From positions 65,038,001 to 65,102,000 of the forward strand of contig OZ024747.1 in NCBI GenBank assembly GCA_964016885.1: 64,000 nucleotides of DNA. Reading direction: 5' to 3'. A program made the position numbers and the translations under genes. The notes under the pieces are model-generated. The model was given only the letters and a program-made list of their open reading frames with translations. It made no database searches and was not told the origin of the DNA. Shown here one piece after another: positions 12,811 to 27,184 of this stretch (positions are counted from its first letter, which is position 1; each line of letters begins with the position of its first letter). Source of the DNA: Eledone cirrhosa. Taxonomy: Eukaryota.

Positions 12811-13550
12811 TAGTTTATTCAGAGAAAATATACTTTCTTATCCGGAAAACATTCAGCAGATTATATTTGTATTTTTCAGCGTTTCTTTATTATTGATAAA
12901 AATTATTCGTTAGCTATGGTCACATCCCAGGAGCATTATGTTTCTGAACTTTACATATTTACATGATAGATTTTCGATCTTTTTGCTTTGTACCACAATA
13001 TCCACATCCCAGCGGTCCTATAATTAGAACTTCTTTTGTCTATATTAAACACCAGCGATGTTTCTAGTTACAATGTTTATATTTGGAGCAAAAATATTTC
13101 AATCTTCTTCACTGAGTTGTTATTGTCTTTCTAACGAAAGAAGAAGAAGAAGAAGAAGGAACATCATCGAGTGAAATAACACAGCATAAGAGACACTGTT
13201 AATAATAGCACATCAAGGTTGCATCTACATGATCAAACGCTTTGCTAGAAGTAGCAGTTAAATCGTACTTAAATTAAACCTTGTATATGGGTAATATATG
13301 TATATATCTGGTATATAAAAACTACGAAATATATTGGTGGTAGTGGTGGTGACAGTAGCAGCAACAGCAGCCATATTCAGACATTTTTTTGTAATTAACA
13401 AATGGTTGTCTTTAACATCATTTCCATACATACCAACTGTACAACCATACTTTTACATATATCATCTGTATTAACTATTCACTCCACACATATCATCTGT
13501 ACTAACCATATCCTCTACACATACCACCTGTTCTTGATAATCCCCTAAAC

Positions 13551-13717
13551 CAGTGGTGCCCAAAGTGGGTTCTGCAAAGGAGTGTCTGGGCTTCTGTGAA
13601 AAAAGGTAGTGGAGTATATTTATATTACGACCATATAACAGTATTAGATTTTGGGGTTCCCACAAAAGTTTCTGAACCAAAAAGAGTTCCACGCTTGAAA
13701 AGGTTTAGGAAACCCTG
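13551..13717. mobile_element. hAT (Charlie-like) MITE
   Basis: Ends CAGTGGTGCCCAAA / TTTAGGAAACCCTG; 8-bp TSD CCCTAAAC on both sides. Confidence 0.85.
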
Positions 13718-13814
13718 CCCTAAACACACCATCTATACCATACCTTCTTCACATACCAACTGTACTAATCATATTCTCAACACATACCATCTGTACAGCC
13801 ATACCATAAACATA

Positions 13815-13980
13815 TAATTGTTTCTACTTTTGGTACAAGGCCAGCAATTATTCCAATGCATTACTGGTACTTTATTTTATCGACCCCGTAAGGATGAAAG
13901 GCAAAGTTAACCTGACGGGATTTGAACTCAGACCGTAATGGGACGTAACTATGCTTGAAAGCATGTCGTCCAACCCTCTA
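13815..13980 (-). mobile_element. SINE A copy
   Basis: Family sequence. Confidence 0.85.
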
Positions 13981-14064
13981 CATAAACATATAATATGCAC
14001 TAACTATACCCTATATGCACTAACTATACCCTCTACATATACAATATTTACTAACCATAACAAT

Positions 14065-16257
14065 TACATACAATCTATACTATCTCCTCTACACATACCA
14101 TCTATACTATCTCCTCTACACATACTATCTATACTATCTCCTCTACACATACCATCTATACTATCTCCTCTACACATACTATCTATACTATCTCCTCTAC
14201 ACATACAATCTATGCTATCTCCTCCACACATACAATCTATGCTATCTCCTCCACACATACCATCTATACTATCTCCTCTACACATACTATCTATACTATC
14301 TCCTCTACACATACAATCTATGCTATCTCCTCCACACATACAATCTATGCTATCTCCTCCACACATACCATCTATACTATCTCCTCTATACATACCATCT
14401 ATGCTATCTCTTCTTCTCATACCATCTATGCTATCTCCTCTATACATACCATCTATACTATCTCCTCTACATATACAATCTATACTATCTCCTCTATACA
14501 TACCATCTATACTATCTCCTCTACACATACCATCTATACTATCTCCTCCACACATACCATCTATACTATCTTCTCTACACATACCATCTATACTATCTCT
14601 TCTTCTCATACCATCTATACTATCTCCTCTACACATACCATCTATACTATCTCCTCCACACATACCATCTATACTATCTCCTCTATACATACCATCTATA
14701 CTATCTCCTCTACACATACCATCTATACTATCTCCTCCACACATACCATCTATACTATCTCCTCTACACATACCATCTATACTATCTCCTCTATACATAC
14801 CATCTATACTATCTCCTCTACACATACCATCTATACTATCTCCTCTACACATACCATCTATGCTATCTCCTCTATACATACCATCTATACTATCTCCTCT
14901 ACACATACCATCTATACTATCTCCTCTACACATACCATCTATACTATCTCCTCTACACATACCATCTATACTATCTCCTACACACATACAATCTATACTA
15001 TCTCCTCTACACATACCATCTATACTATCTCCTCTACACATACCATCTATACTATTTCCTCTATACATACCATCTATACTATCTCCTCTATACATACCAT
15101 CTATACTATCTCCTCTACACATACAATCTATACTATCTCCTCTACACATACAATCTATACTATCTCCTCTACACATACCATCTATACTATCTCCTCTACA
15201 CATACCATCTATACTATCTCCTCTACACATACCATCTATACTATCTCCTCTACACATACCATCTATGCTATCTCCTACACACATACCATCTATACTATCT
15301 CCTCTACACATACCATCTATACTATCTCCTCTACACATACCATCTATACTATCTCCTCTACACATACCATCTATACTATCTCCTCTACACATACCATCTA
15401 TACTATCTCCTCTACACATACTATCTATACTATCTCCTCTACACATACCATCTATACTATCTCCTCTACACATACCATCTATACTATCTCCTCCACACAT
15501 ACCATCTATGCTATCTCCTACACACATACCATCTATACTATCTCCTCTACACATACCATCTATACTATCTCCTCTACACATACTATCTATACTATCTCCT
15601 CTACACATACCATCTATACTATCTCCTCTACACATACCATCTATACTATCTCCTCTACACATACCATCTATACTATTTCCTCTACACATACAATCTATAC
15701 TATCTCCTCCACACATACCATCTATACTATCTCCTCTACACATACCATCTATACTATCTCCTCTACACATACCATCTATACTATTTCCTCCACACATACA
15801 ATCTATACTATTTCCTCCACACATACCATCTATACTATCTCCTCTACACATACCATCTATGCTATCTCCTCTACACATACCATCTATACTATCTCCTCTA
15901 CACATACCATCTATACTATCTCCTCTACACATACCATCTATACTATTTCCTCCACACATACAATCTATACTATTTCCTCCACACATACCATCTATACTAT
16001 CTCCTCTACACATACCATCTATGCTATCTCCTCTACACATACCATCTATACTATCTCCTCTACACATACAATCTATACTATTTCCTCTACACATACCATC
16101 TATACTATCTCCTCTACACATACAATCTATACTATTTCCTCTACATATACAATCTATACTATTTCCTCTACACATACCATCTATACTATCTCCTCTACAC
16201 ATACAATCTATACTATCTCCTCTACACATACAATCTGTACTATCTCCTCCACACATA
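14065..16257. repeat. 27-bp minisatellite (CCATCTATACTATCTCCTCTACACATA)n, ~80 units
   Basis: 9-aa periodicity in ORFs on both strands; degenerate precursor-like units at 13420-13530 and 13720-13810. Confidence 0.97.
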
Positions 16258-17504
16258 CACAATACATATAATCTACTGATAAACCTCACGAGAACGCAGC
16301 CAGGGAGATCTCTAATTTGATTTCGATCTTAAGTGCTTCTTCTGTTAATCAAGGTCTTACGTGCTGCCAAACATCTCCAGTCAAGAGGAAATAAGAAACA
16401 GATCTATATTTTTTTTTATTTCCTTCTACCATAAATTTTACTGTCAAAAGCAGAAAATATTTATTATTCATAAACTACAATATATTTTATCTGAAATCTG
16501 GCCAATGGAAATCTTCTATTTACAGCTATTTACAAAACTAGCTTGACTGCCAGTTATACAGAATATCTTGATTGTTTTCATTACCAGACACACAACTCTT
16601 TAGACAGTCAAATATTCTCCCTAAGACATATTCAAATTATAAGATTCAACTGTTTGTTCTGAGTTAACATCACATCTTTGATTTCTCACTTCATTTGAAT
16701 GCTTACCAAAATCCTCTTTTCCTTATTTCATTCTTAACATATTTATTTATATATTTCTCTATACCAATTTCCCTTGGTCTGTCAAACAGAATATAAAATT
16801 GCTGCGTATAGAATAAACTATTGAAATAAAATAAAAGAGATGGTCGAGTTTGATTCAGAGCTAGATAGTTCAGAGTGAGATTTCATTGTGCGGCTCACTG
16901 GGCTAGAGTTTTGTATTACAATCTCAGGTTCAGCAACACCTTATTATACAAATTTAGCAAATTGAAATTATGCAAAAGATGATCACCTATATGTATGAAA
17001 GTATGTATCAATGTATGTGTGTACATATGTATGTATGAGGCCAGAGGGATCCATAGTTGTCATCAATGTGCGAAGGAGTGCAAATCTCTAGCAGGCTCGA
17101 AAAGCCATATCTAAGCATCACACATTTGAATCTGACAAGTGATTGCAATACTTTTAGCAGAGTTTGCAGCCATCATGTATGTACATATGAATATGAGTAT
17201 ATGTGTGTGTGTGTGTGTGTGCATATGTGTGTGTGTGTGTGGCTGAATGTCTGTGTCTATGCTTTAGTTTATATGTCTGACACAATACGATCAGTCAAAA
17301 AATCTGGTGTTGTTACAAAACACCAGGCAAGTCGATAATCATGAATTGGTTAGTTGCCATGTGTAAATGAGAAGACAGTGCCCCAGCATGGCCACAGTCT
17401 AATGAATGAAATTAGAAATGGGATAAAATAAAAGAATATACATTGTTATAAAGAAATTCATATCAGTTAAAATGTAAGTAACCTTTGGAAGATCTTGGCA
17501 ACAA

Positions 17505-17790
17505 ATGGTTTCTAATTTAGGTATGAGACTAGCTTGGCGAGCACTTTATTTTATCGACTTAGAAGTATGAGAGGCAAGATTGACTTTAGTGGAATTTGAA
17601 CTCAGAAAATAATTGTTTCTACTTTAGGCACAAGGCCAGCAATTACCCAGTGCATTACTGGTACTTTATTTTATCGACCCCGTAAGGATGAAAGGCAAAG
17701 TTAACCTCGGCGGGATTTGAACTCAGAATGGCAAGGGCCTGTAACTCTATGCGTCAAATCATAGTGTCCGACCCTCTACCGATACTGCCA
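17505..17790 (-). mobile_element. two SINE A copies (old + young)
   Basis: Family sequence. Confidence 0.85.
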
Positions 17791-18439
17791 GCATTTTTCC
17801 AATGTTTTAATAAGTCTGCCAATTCACTATCCATCTTTAGAAAAAATGTCATGCGTTTATTACCAAGATCTAGCCAACAGTTCTTACGATTGGATGAAGT
17901 TAGCTCCCCTGAGGAAGTAGCAGTGAAGATATATATATACCCTTGCAAGCAGGGAAAAGTGGACGTAAAATGATGATGATGATGATGATGATGATGATAT
18001 ATATTTTAATAATAGTTACAAAGACCAAAATCCGATCAGGAAAGTGGACATTAAACATTGATGATGATATATAAATTATTTATAAACCCGTAGAGCAAAT
18101 ATTTATTATTAGTACAGATTAAAGTTTAAGCAAAGAATTTCTGCTTTCACCCTGTTATGTGATCTTATATATATATATATGGGATCTGTTATGGGATATA
18201 TATATATATATATATATATGTATAGAGAGAGAGGGGGGGAGAGAGGGGGAGAGAGAGAGGGAGAGAAAGTCATTTTCAAATATGAAAACAGGTAAAGGTA
18301 GGGGAAGAAATTTTTATAGCTCAACATATGAGATTTATTATATGTGTATTAAGTGAAATATGATATAATTAACAGTATTTGGTCTTATTTTCAATATATA
18401 TGTGTGTGTGTGTGTGTATTTATGAGCTTTATATTGAAT

Positions 18440-19340
18440 AATAATAATAATTGTTTCTACTTTTGGCACAAGGCCAGCAATTTTCCCAGTGTATTACTGG
18501 TACTTTTCTTTTATCAACCCCGTAAGGATGAAATGCAAAGTTAACCTCGGCGAGATTTGAGCTCAGATCATAAAGGGCCGTAACTATGTTGCAAAGTATG
18601 GCGTCCGACCCTCTACCGATACTGCCAATTCACCAATAATAATAATTGTTTCTACTTTTTGGCACAAGGCCAGCAATTTTCCCAGTGCATTACTGGTACT
18701 TTATTTTATCGACGCCGTAAGGATGAAAGGCAAAGTTAACCTCGGCGGGATTTGAACTCAGAATGGCAAGGGCTGTAACTCTATGCGTCAAATCATGGCG
18801 TCCGACTCTCGACCAATACTGCCAATCCACCAATAATAATAATTGTTTCTACTTTAGGCACAAGGCCAGCAATTACCCCAGTGCATTACTGGCACCAATA
18901 ATAATAATTGTTTCTACTTTTGGCACAAGGCCAGCAATTACCCAGTACATTACTGGTACTTTATTTTATCGACCCCTTAAGGATGAAAGGCAAAGTTAAC
19001 CTCGGCGGGATTTGAACTCAGTATGGCAAGGGCCGTAACTCTATGCGTCAAAGCATGGCGTCCGACCCTCTACCGATACTGCCAATCCACCGCACCAATA
19101 ATAATAATAATATTCAATTTGTTTCCAAGCAAACAGCCTCATTACGCTATGTTTTTTTAGATGTCTGTCATCATCCATTTGTTCTAGCAGTAACATAGAG
19201 ATTTGCTTGCAAACAAATCAAATATTAATCCCGCCAAGGTTAACTTTGCCTTTCATCCTTACGGGGCCAATAAAATAAAGTACCAATAATGCCCTGGGAT
19301 AATTGCTGGCCTTGTGCCAAAAGTAGAAACAATTATTATT
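18440..19340. mobile_element. cluster of SINE A copies (three full and one fragment minus, one plus) inside a fold-back element
   Basis: Repeated family sequence separated by CACCAATAATAAT junctions. Confidence 0.88.
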
Positions 19341-19978
19341 CAATATAAAACTCATAAATACATTTATCTAACCAGCTATGTAAGAACAAGAAACCAAATT
19401 CTAATTTTGTTTATATATATATTTATAGTAATAATAATTATATTATATATATATGCAGCTATCATATAGAGCAAAGAATATTCATTCAAAGGTAGGTAAC
19501 ATTTTTAGCAGTCTTATCTTTCTCGAAAGCAACACAGTAGTTTAATGACAAATCTTGTTTAAAGGAATCTCTCTCCACAAAGTAATGTTGATGAAATTTG
19601 TCACCATCACACTAGGAAATTTGTTGTTGTCAATGAATATTAAATAAGTCACAAATCAAATCTGTATGTGTGATTTCTTATTGTTGATACTGGTAGTGAA
19701 AATGGTTTTCCTTTTATCATAAGTGAATCACTACTGATGTAAAAAACATCAAGATTATGATATTTGAAAATAAATATATTTATAACACGATTAAGCAATC
19801 TGGTTATAGATTGGCAATTTGATGTGATTAATAAAACAGAACATCAGTGATCATACCAATCAATATAGATTAAAAACATCACCAATTACAAACAATTTGT
19901 CCAACCACAGGAAAAAATGTTATTCTGAAAGTCACAATCATTAAATATATGAGCCATTAATGTTTGGAATATTTCTAG

Positions 19979-20083
19979 ATATTGGTGTCAAAACATGAAT
20001 TAGCCAAAAATTGTAACATAGAACAGTTAAAGAAAGAGTTGAAAATGCAAAAATTTAATGTGGATGTCATTTTGCTTAGCTGA
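19979..20083 (+). CDS. possible terminal coding exon of an unidentified gene (ILVSKHELAKNCNIEQLKKELKMQKFNVDVILLS*)
   Basis: TTTCTAG acceptor, 35 open codons with protein-like composition in unique sequence; no homology recognised. Confidence 0.25.
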   Translation: MLVSKHELAKNCNIEQLKKELKMQKFNVDVILLS

Positions 20084-21244
20084 AAACCAGGAGCACATAA
20101 CTTTTCAGCAGAGCAGACCTGTGTTTGTATCCAAAATCTGTTAGGCTTATGTGCAGTGTCACTGACTATGAATAGATATGGCATTTACATTACTCTATAT
20201 TTACTATTATATTTTCACAGTAAAAGCTTTATCTTACATACTATCGAATCTATGAGATTTTGATATTATTTATTTTGAGAACAATATCTTAACATCAGTA
20301 TGAGTGGCTGGTTACAGCCGGTTTGAAAAGAAATAGGTGAGAGAATTCTGGCCAGATACAGCCAGTTTAAATTCTAAATGGTTAGAGTACTCTAAAAGTG
20401 ATACTTTCCCTATTAATTTACAGAACCGAAATCAGAGATTTCTTGGTATTAGTTAGAAAGGCAGTAACTTTTCCAGAATACTAAAATATGACTTCATGAG
20501 CATTATATTGTTAAGGAAACATCCGAAAGTACCACTGTATATCATTTGTAGTTGCTCATATCAATCAAAACAAGGGAGAGTTTACAACGTGTCAGAAAGT
20601 AGCAATAGTGGATGCCAATGCATCTGACCTCACATAATTAATATGAAAAAATAGATCATAAATGTTACACACAAAGAAAGATATGTCTGTGAATTACTCT
20701 TTCCAGTGAATCACTCAGGAATATGTTATAAATCACTTGCAAATGATTTCCTCTTTAATGTCGGTGGTAAAAGACTTTTGTAACCAATTGTAAAAAGATT
20801 ACATGAATCATATGTAAACCATTACAAAATTGTATCTACCATAAATGGCGATATTTAAATTATTGCATCTGCTTTACACAGGAGATATAAATATAGCCAT
20901 TGGAAAGTAAGACATGACAACCAATGAGATATAAAACAGAAGAGAAATATCCAGCAACAAGGAAGTAATGGCTGTCATCTTAGTTTGAGGAAGAATAATA
21001 CTTTACATGAAATAACCTGCTCGTGAAGAGAAGAAAGAATACAGGTGAACATCTTCAGGAAAGAAAAACGAGAGTATAAAATTAAAGGGGTAGGAGAGCC
21101 AATGTAATCCTTTGGGTTTTGTTTTGAAGTCATTCCAAAAGAGCATGTTGAAACACGTTACTGGGTTGTTCTCTGCCAAAACAATCAATATATATTGCTG
21201 GAACAATACAATTATTGTAACATTCCTCCAAAATGTTAATGAAG

Positions 21245-21815
21245 ATACCCATCACAACTACCACCATCACTATCTTCCTCCCCCCTCATCAATCATTACT
21301 ATCACGATCAAGAAATACTATCACTATCAGCAAGCCACAACCATCATCAACAAATTACAACTACCATTACCATCAGCAATCACTACCGTCACTACCACCA
21401 TCAACAAGCCACAGCTACCTTTGCCTTCACTACCACCATCAATCAACTACCACTACCATCAGCAAGCCTCAGCTATCACTACCATTACTACCACCATCAA
21501 CAAGCTACAACTACCACTACCACCATCAGTAAACCACAAATGTCACTATCAACATCAACAAGCCACAACTACCACTACAACAACCACCTCCCATGAACAC
21601 CATCAACAAGCTACAACTACCACTACCACCATCAATAAACCACAAATGTCACTACCAACATCAAGCCACAACTACCACTACAACAACAACCCCCACCCCC
21701 CGTGAACACCATCAACAAAGACACAACTACCACCACCATCTCTCTTTCCATCACTTGCAGTGAACGAGCTACAACTATAACTACTGCTACAACCACGATT
21801 ACCATCAACAAAGTC
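21245..21815. repeat. degenerate (ACC/ATC)-rich minisatellite (CACCATCAACAAGCCACAACTACCACTAC-like)
   Basis: Direct. Confidence 0.8.
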
Positions 21816-23234
21816 ATTACTCTAGAAAATATTCAATCAAGGATGTATATTCCCAAAATATGATCATGTTATCAGCTGTTTCTAAATTATCCTTCCAAAA
21901 ATCAAGAGATATAATCTTTATTTAATAGACAAACTACACACATGTATGTACGATTACTGCTTGAAACCTCTTGTGTATTGAAAGTTTTAAAACAAAATTA
22001 TTAATGGTGTTTTAGCTGGACAAATACAACAGTATTGCAAATGCATCGTATAACCTCAATGCTTTTGCAATCAAGAGAAAGTAACTTTATAAAGACATTT
22101 AGCAGCATTGAAACCAAATTATAACCACAGACTGGATTGGCGCAAATGCTAATACTTTCTTATTGAAATGGAATATGGTTAATTTTAGGTTATCAAATAT
22201 CACTGAAGCATTAATGTAGCGATATTAACAGTTCGACTATTGAGCTGGGCAACATTACAAAATTACATTATTTATTATCATTGCTAAATTTGGTGTGATT
22301 AATTCACTTCGATTTTGGCAGTATTAATTGAACCCATCTAAAGTCTAAAATAAAATAGAAATAGATTCAGGGTCCAGAATTGAAGTATAGATTTTAGAAA
22401 CTTCTAAATGGGGTTTCTTATTACACAATATAATCACATTCATCACACTCCAATACACACTACATTCCAGGCCTCATGGCTATCCAGCTGCAGCTCAGGA
22501 TTACAATTTCTTTAATGAGAAAGAACTCAGTTATTTAGTTAGTTCCTACCACTATCATATAGCCATCCTAAACAAACTAATTATCAGAAAGTTGCATCAG
22601 GCAATTTTCTCTACTTGTATTTATATAAAGTTACTGTCTCTGTTCATCAGCTATATTTAACTTTTGAGTTTATTAAACTAAATTTTAATCTCTGTACTAC
22701 ACTACTGTATAATATAATAAATTAAATATATTCTCCTCTGTTGGTACACTAATGTGGCCAATTGCAATTAAGGAAAATATTCAGGGTAGATAGTTTAGTC
22801 CAAGTCTGTCTTAAGCCCAGAAACTCATTGGGCCAATGCTTATCCCAATTTCTTTGGCCTTAAGTGACAGAGTACAAGACTTTCCACTTAACAGGACACC
22901 AATACTACTGTACTCATTTTCGTATATTGGGTATACTGATGTGTTTTGCTCAAGAATGCAACACACAGCATGGTCCATGAATTGAACCCATGACATTATG
23001 ATTGTAAGAACTCACAAAGACAAGATGAAGTTAAATAGAACAAAGAGGAGACACAAAGTAACAAAAGTAGTCATTGAGGAGGTCACAGAATGTGTGACAA
23101 AAGAGCTTGACTATCGACAGCTAAACAACCATCCGGCTATTAAACTAACCAACTGGCCAATTATAACAATAAATTAAAGTAAAACACAACTGGTGCATTT
23201 TTATTGGCAGCCTGATGCTCCCAAATTATAACAA

Positions 23235-23272
<38 letters not shown>

Positions 23273-23394
23273 AAGAGAGAGAGAGAGATGTTTGTGTATA
23301 TGTGTGAGTATGTCTATGTGTTGATTTGTATATACATGTGTGTGTGAGTATATATATATTTATATATATATATATATATATAAAATACGTATTT

Positions 23395-25547
23395 AAGAAA
23401 GCCACAACAATGCAGAGGGAAATCTCGAGGTAGGAAGTGAAAGATAGATAGGAAAAACAGGTGAAAGTGAAAATTGAGAGAGACAAAGATGAAAACAAAA
23501 CAAAGGTAGAAGGGTTACCGTAGTAGAGATTTAATCCCAATATTTCGGGCTCACGCCCATCAACGGGGGAAAGTTCCAAAATTGGGGTTGTGTGTCTGTG
23601 TGTGCGGGGAGGTGGTCAGAGAGGCATAGCAGCAGTAGGGTAGAATGGTAAGTGAAGAAAGTCGGTGTGTCAGTGTGTGCGGAGGTGCGGTGGACAGGGG
23701 AGAGGATGGGTAGGTGTGAAAGTTGGAGTGAGGAGGGGTGTGTGTGTATTAGTAGAGGGGTTAGTGGGATGTGTGTGTGTTTGAGAAAGGGTGTGGGTGG
23801 AGCGGGGAGAGAAGGGTGTGGGGGCTGATGGAGGGAGTGTAGTGTACTGGTGTGTGTATGCGTGTTTGGATGAGGGGGTGTTAGTGGGTGTTAGTATACT
23901 GGGGGTGGAGAAAGGGTTGAATGCGGGTGTGAGTGGGGGTCAGTGGTGGTAGGGTGTGTAGAGTGGGTGGTGTAAGAGGGTGTGTGTGTTTGTGTGCGTA
24001 TGGTTGGGGGTGTTAGTGATGTTAGTTGCGTGTATAGTGGGTGGTGTAAGTGGGTGTGTCGGTTCGTGTGCTTGGGGTCGGGGGGTGTTAGTGATGTTAG
24101 TTGCGGGGTGGTGGGGTGGATGTGTGGGGGTGAGGGTTAGTGATGGTAGTAGGGTGTGTGTTTAGTGTGAGCGCGTGTATATATGTACCGGTGGGTGTGT
24201 GCGTGTGATAAGGAGGGGGGGAGAAGAAGGGAGGGATGTTAGTATGTTAGTTGGGGAAGGGTGGTCGGGTGTGGGGTGGAGGTGTTAGTATTGTTAGTTG
24301 TGGGGTGGGCGGTGAAAAGGAGGGTGTGTTAGTGGTGTTAGTGGGGGATATGTGTGGGAGGAGGGGGGCGGTCGAAGGCTAAAGGAATAAGGGTGGAGAG
24401 TTCAGGCCGGGGGGAGTGTGGGTCTGTAGGGTGAAGATGGTTCGTTGTTCGACCCTGAGGAGAGTGACGAGTGTTCCGTGGCATTGGAGTAGGCCACAGA
24501 CTGTGAGGTGGTGTGCAGAATGTCCAGGGCCACCAAAGTGGCGGGCGATGGGGGAACTACCACCGAGACGAATATTTCGGAGGTGTTCGGTAAACCGGTC
24601 CGCCAGGCGACGTCCAGTCTGTCCGATGTAAGTCGCGCTGCACTCCGTGCAGCGAACTCCGTAGACTAGGTTGGAGGAGGTGCAGCGGAAGGCATGCCGG
24701 ACAGAGAGAGAGTGGCCGTTGGGACCCTGGAAGGTGGTGGTGTTGGTGATGTGGGGACAGGTGTTGCAGCGGGGCCTGGAACAGGGAAGGGAACCGTGGG
24801 GGGGAAGGAGAGCGTGGGTTGGGGGTAGGGAGCTGTGGACGAGGTGGGTGCGGAGATTGCGTGCGCGTTTGAAGGAGGGGAGTGGTGGGGCTGGGAAGAT
24901 GTGGGAGGTGGAGGGGTCGGACTGGAGGCGTCGGAAGAGGCGGAGGATGGTGCGGTGGAGGGGTATGGTGGAGGGGTGGTAGGTGATGGGGAAGGGGAGA
25001 CGATGGGTGGGTGTGCGGTGGCGTGGGGTGAGGGTGGTGGAGCGGTGGACAGCACGGGCGCAGGTGAGAGCGGTGTGGACGAGAGAGGGGGGTAACCTCT
25101 GCGGATGAAATGGCTGACTAGGGAAAGGGCCTGGAACTCAAAGTCAGCATTTCGGCTACAGAGGCGGCGGATCCTGAGGAGTTGGGAGTAGGGAATAGAG
25201 TGTTTAGTGTGTGTGGGGTGGGAAGAGGTGAAGTCGAGGTAGGAGTGGGAGTCGGTGGGTTTGAAGAAGGCGGAGGTGACGAGGGAGTGGTGGGAGGGGT
25301 CGAAGGCGACGGAGATGTCTAAGAAGTGGACGTGGGTGGTGGAGATAGAGGTGGTAAAGTGGAGGGAGGGGTGGAAGGAGCAGAAGAAGGAGAGAAAGGA
25401 GTCGAGCTGTTCTCAGGTGAGGGTCGTGGCTCCGATACAGTCGTCGATGTAACGACCGTACAGTTCGGGCGTGGGGCCGGTGTACTGAGCAAAGATTTGG
25501 GCCTCAACATGGCCAACAAAAAGGTTGGCATAGTTTGGGCCCATTCT
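23395..25547 (-). mobile_element. 5'-truncated Penelope-like retroelement (RT C-terminal half + GIY-YIG, C/CA-rich 3' UTR, pLTR)
   Basis: Minus translation MGPNYANLFVG...YGRYIDD...FLDI...KPTDSHSYL...HP.HTKHSIPYSQLLRIRRLCS; then NLVYGVRCTECSATYIGQTGRRLADRFTEH...PGLN; flanked by (TA)n. Confidence 0.92.
24379..25547 (-). pseudogene. PLE reverse transcriptase/GIY-YIG endonuclease ORF remnant
   Basis: YIDD catalytic motif and VY..YIG motif; in-frame TGA at 25413-25415; ends at TAG 24379. Confidence 0.88.
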
Positions 25548-27184
25548 TGATATATATATATGCATGTGTTGATATGTAGGTGACACTAACTTTTTGAACT
25601 GAAGTATTCAATGTTTCAAACTCTTCTTCAAAGTCTTACATCACTGTATCTTAGTATCCATTTTTATAACATACATATTGCTTGTTGAAAGCAAACCAGA
25701 AGGTTGGCGCCAATGTTTTTACTTTTGATCCATTGTTTTCTGTGATTCTATTCACAAGTCTTTTATAACTGAAATGTTTTGTAAAAATGGTTATAATAAC
25801 ATAAAAGCTGTATGGCAGCCTCGTCATCGAAGATACTCTCCATAACTGGCAATGCAGCACCAAATTGGTACAATGCAGCTTAAAGTAAATTCTACTACAC
25901 AGAAAATTGTGCGTATATTCTTTAAATAAAGTTAGCGAAATATATTTCTTTTTGAAAATATTCAGTATATTTTCAAAGATCTCTGAATCAATGTCCAGAA
26001 CCTGATAGATATTTGGCAATTGTCAATCTTACCCTATAATGCAGTAGTATTTGCTACATGTATGTGTGTTTGTGTTATTGCACTGAATGATATTATACTT
26101 GTATATATATCAGGATAAATATAGTAGAAATATAAGCTTATGCCGTATTTTGACAAAAGAAATTAGCCTGATAGTGGGGATTCTTTTTTTTAAATCCACT
26201 GAATGGAAAAAGATGTTAAGCTTATATTTCTAGTTTATTTCAAACTTCGCTCGCTGTTTCAAAACAAAATTTCTTTATCAAGATAAATGTTTTCCATTAT
26301 AATCTAAAATCTATGCTAGCATGAAAGTGGACGTTAAATGATGATGATGATGAATCTTATTGCTCTCAGTTAATACTTTAAGTATTTATTTTAACAATTT
26401 TTTTTTATACAGTAAGTGTTGTAGAAGAAAGTTTTCAGCCTAGTCGTTTGAGGTGTTGTGTTTACGATCATAAAGTTAGTTGGTTTGATTCCCAGATCTT
26501 GGTTGCCTGATCTTTGTTAATAAGATTAGAGCCAGGACACTGATATAAGTATAACCTTCACCCATACTCTCAGAATTCTCAGAGACCCCCAAGGAAAGAG
26601 ACATAAACGCCTTCCTTCCTTCACTGGATAAACTAAACCATATAACAGATAGAGAAGTATTTAAGTTGATTGAATCAACAAAGTGTGTTATTGGTTGTGG
26701 TGCCATTTGTTTATAAATTACATTTCGTTTTGCACTTTTTTTTTTCTAGGGGAAACAATTCTGTTTGATAAACTCTGTTTACACGTTTTTGTTCTCTTTC
26801 ATATGTTTGCATCAAAGAAATGCTTTGGTAATTATTTATTTATTTCATGTTATTTCACTTTAGAAATAAGGTGAAATAATGTGTAAAACTAAGATGAAGA
26901 ACATTCCATTTTGGAAATCTCTTATGGTGTGATGTATTGCGTTTACAACGAAATTCTTTTTACAGCCTGTAAATCAGATGGAAGTGAATAATTAATTACG
27001 GAATTGACTGAAACAATACAGAAATACAATGTAGTTTAGTAGGTGACTTGGAGGAGAGTAGCAACATATACTTAAGAAGAAAATACACAAAACACAGGCA
27101 TATAAAGAGAGAGACAGAGAAATATATTCACACACACACATATAGATATGTATGCATATATATCTATATATTCACATTTATATG

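Noticed and set aside
12915-12948. Rhodanese-like GHIPGA peptide
   Set aside because: Frame is closed by stops a few codons on either side; no usable splice sites
13951-16320. 789-aa plus-strand ORF
   Set aside because: Starts inside a SINE and is open only because the 27-bp unit has no stop in that frame
25413-25415. In-frame TGA in PLE RT as selenocysteine (reported for some Naiad PLEs)
   Set aside because: Single TGA in a truncated copy, easily explained by CGA>TGA decay; no SECIS identified
24666-25550. Pro-rich and Gly-rich ORFs
   Set aside because: Alternative frames or antisense of the Penelope-like ORF
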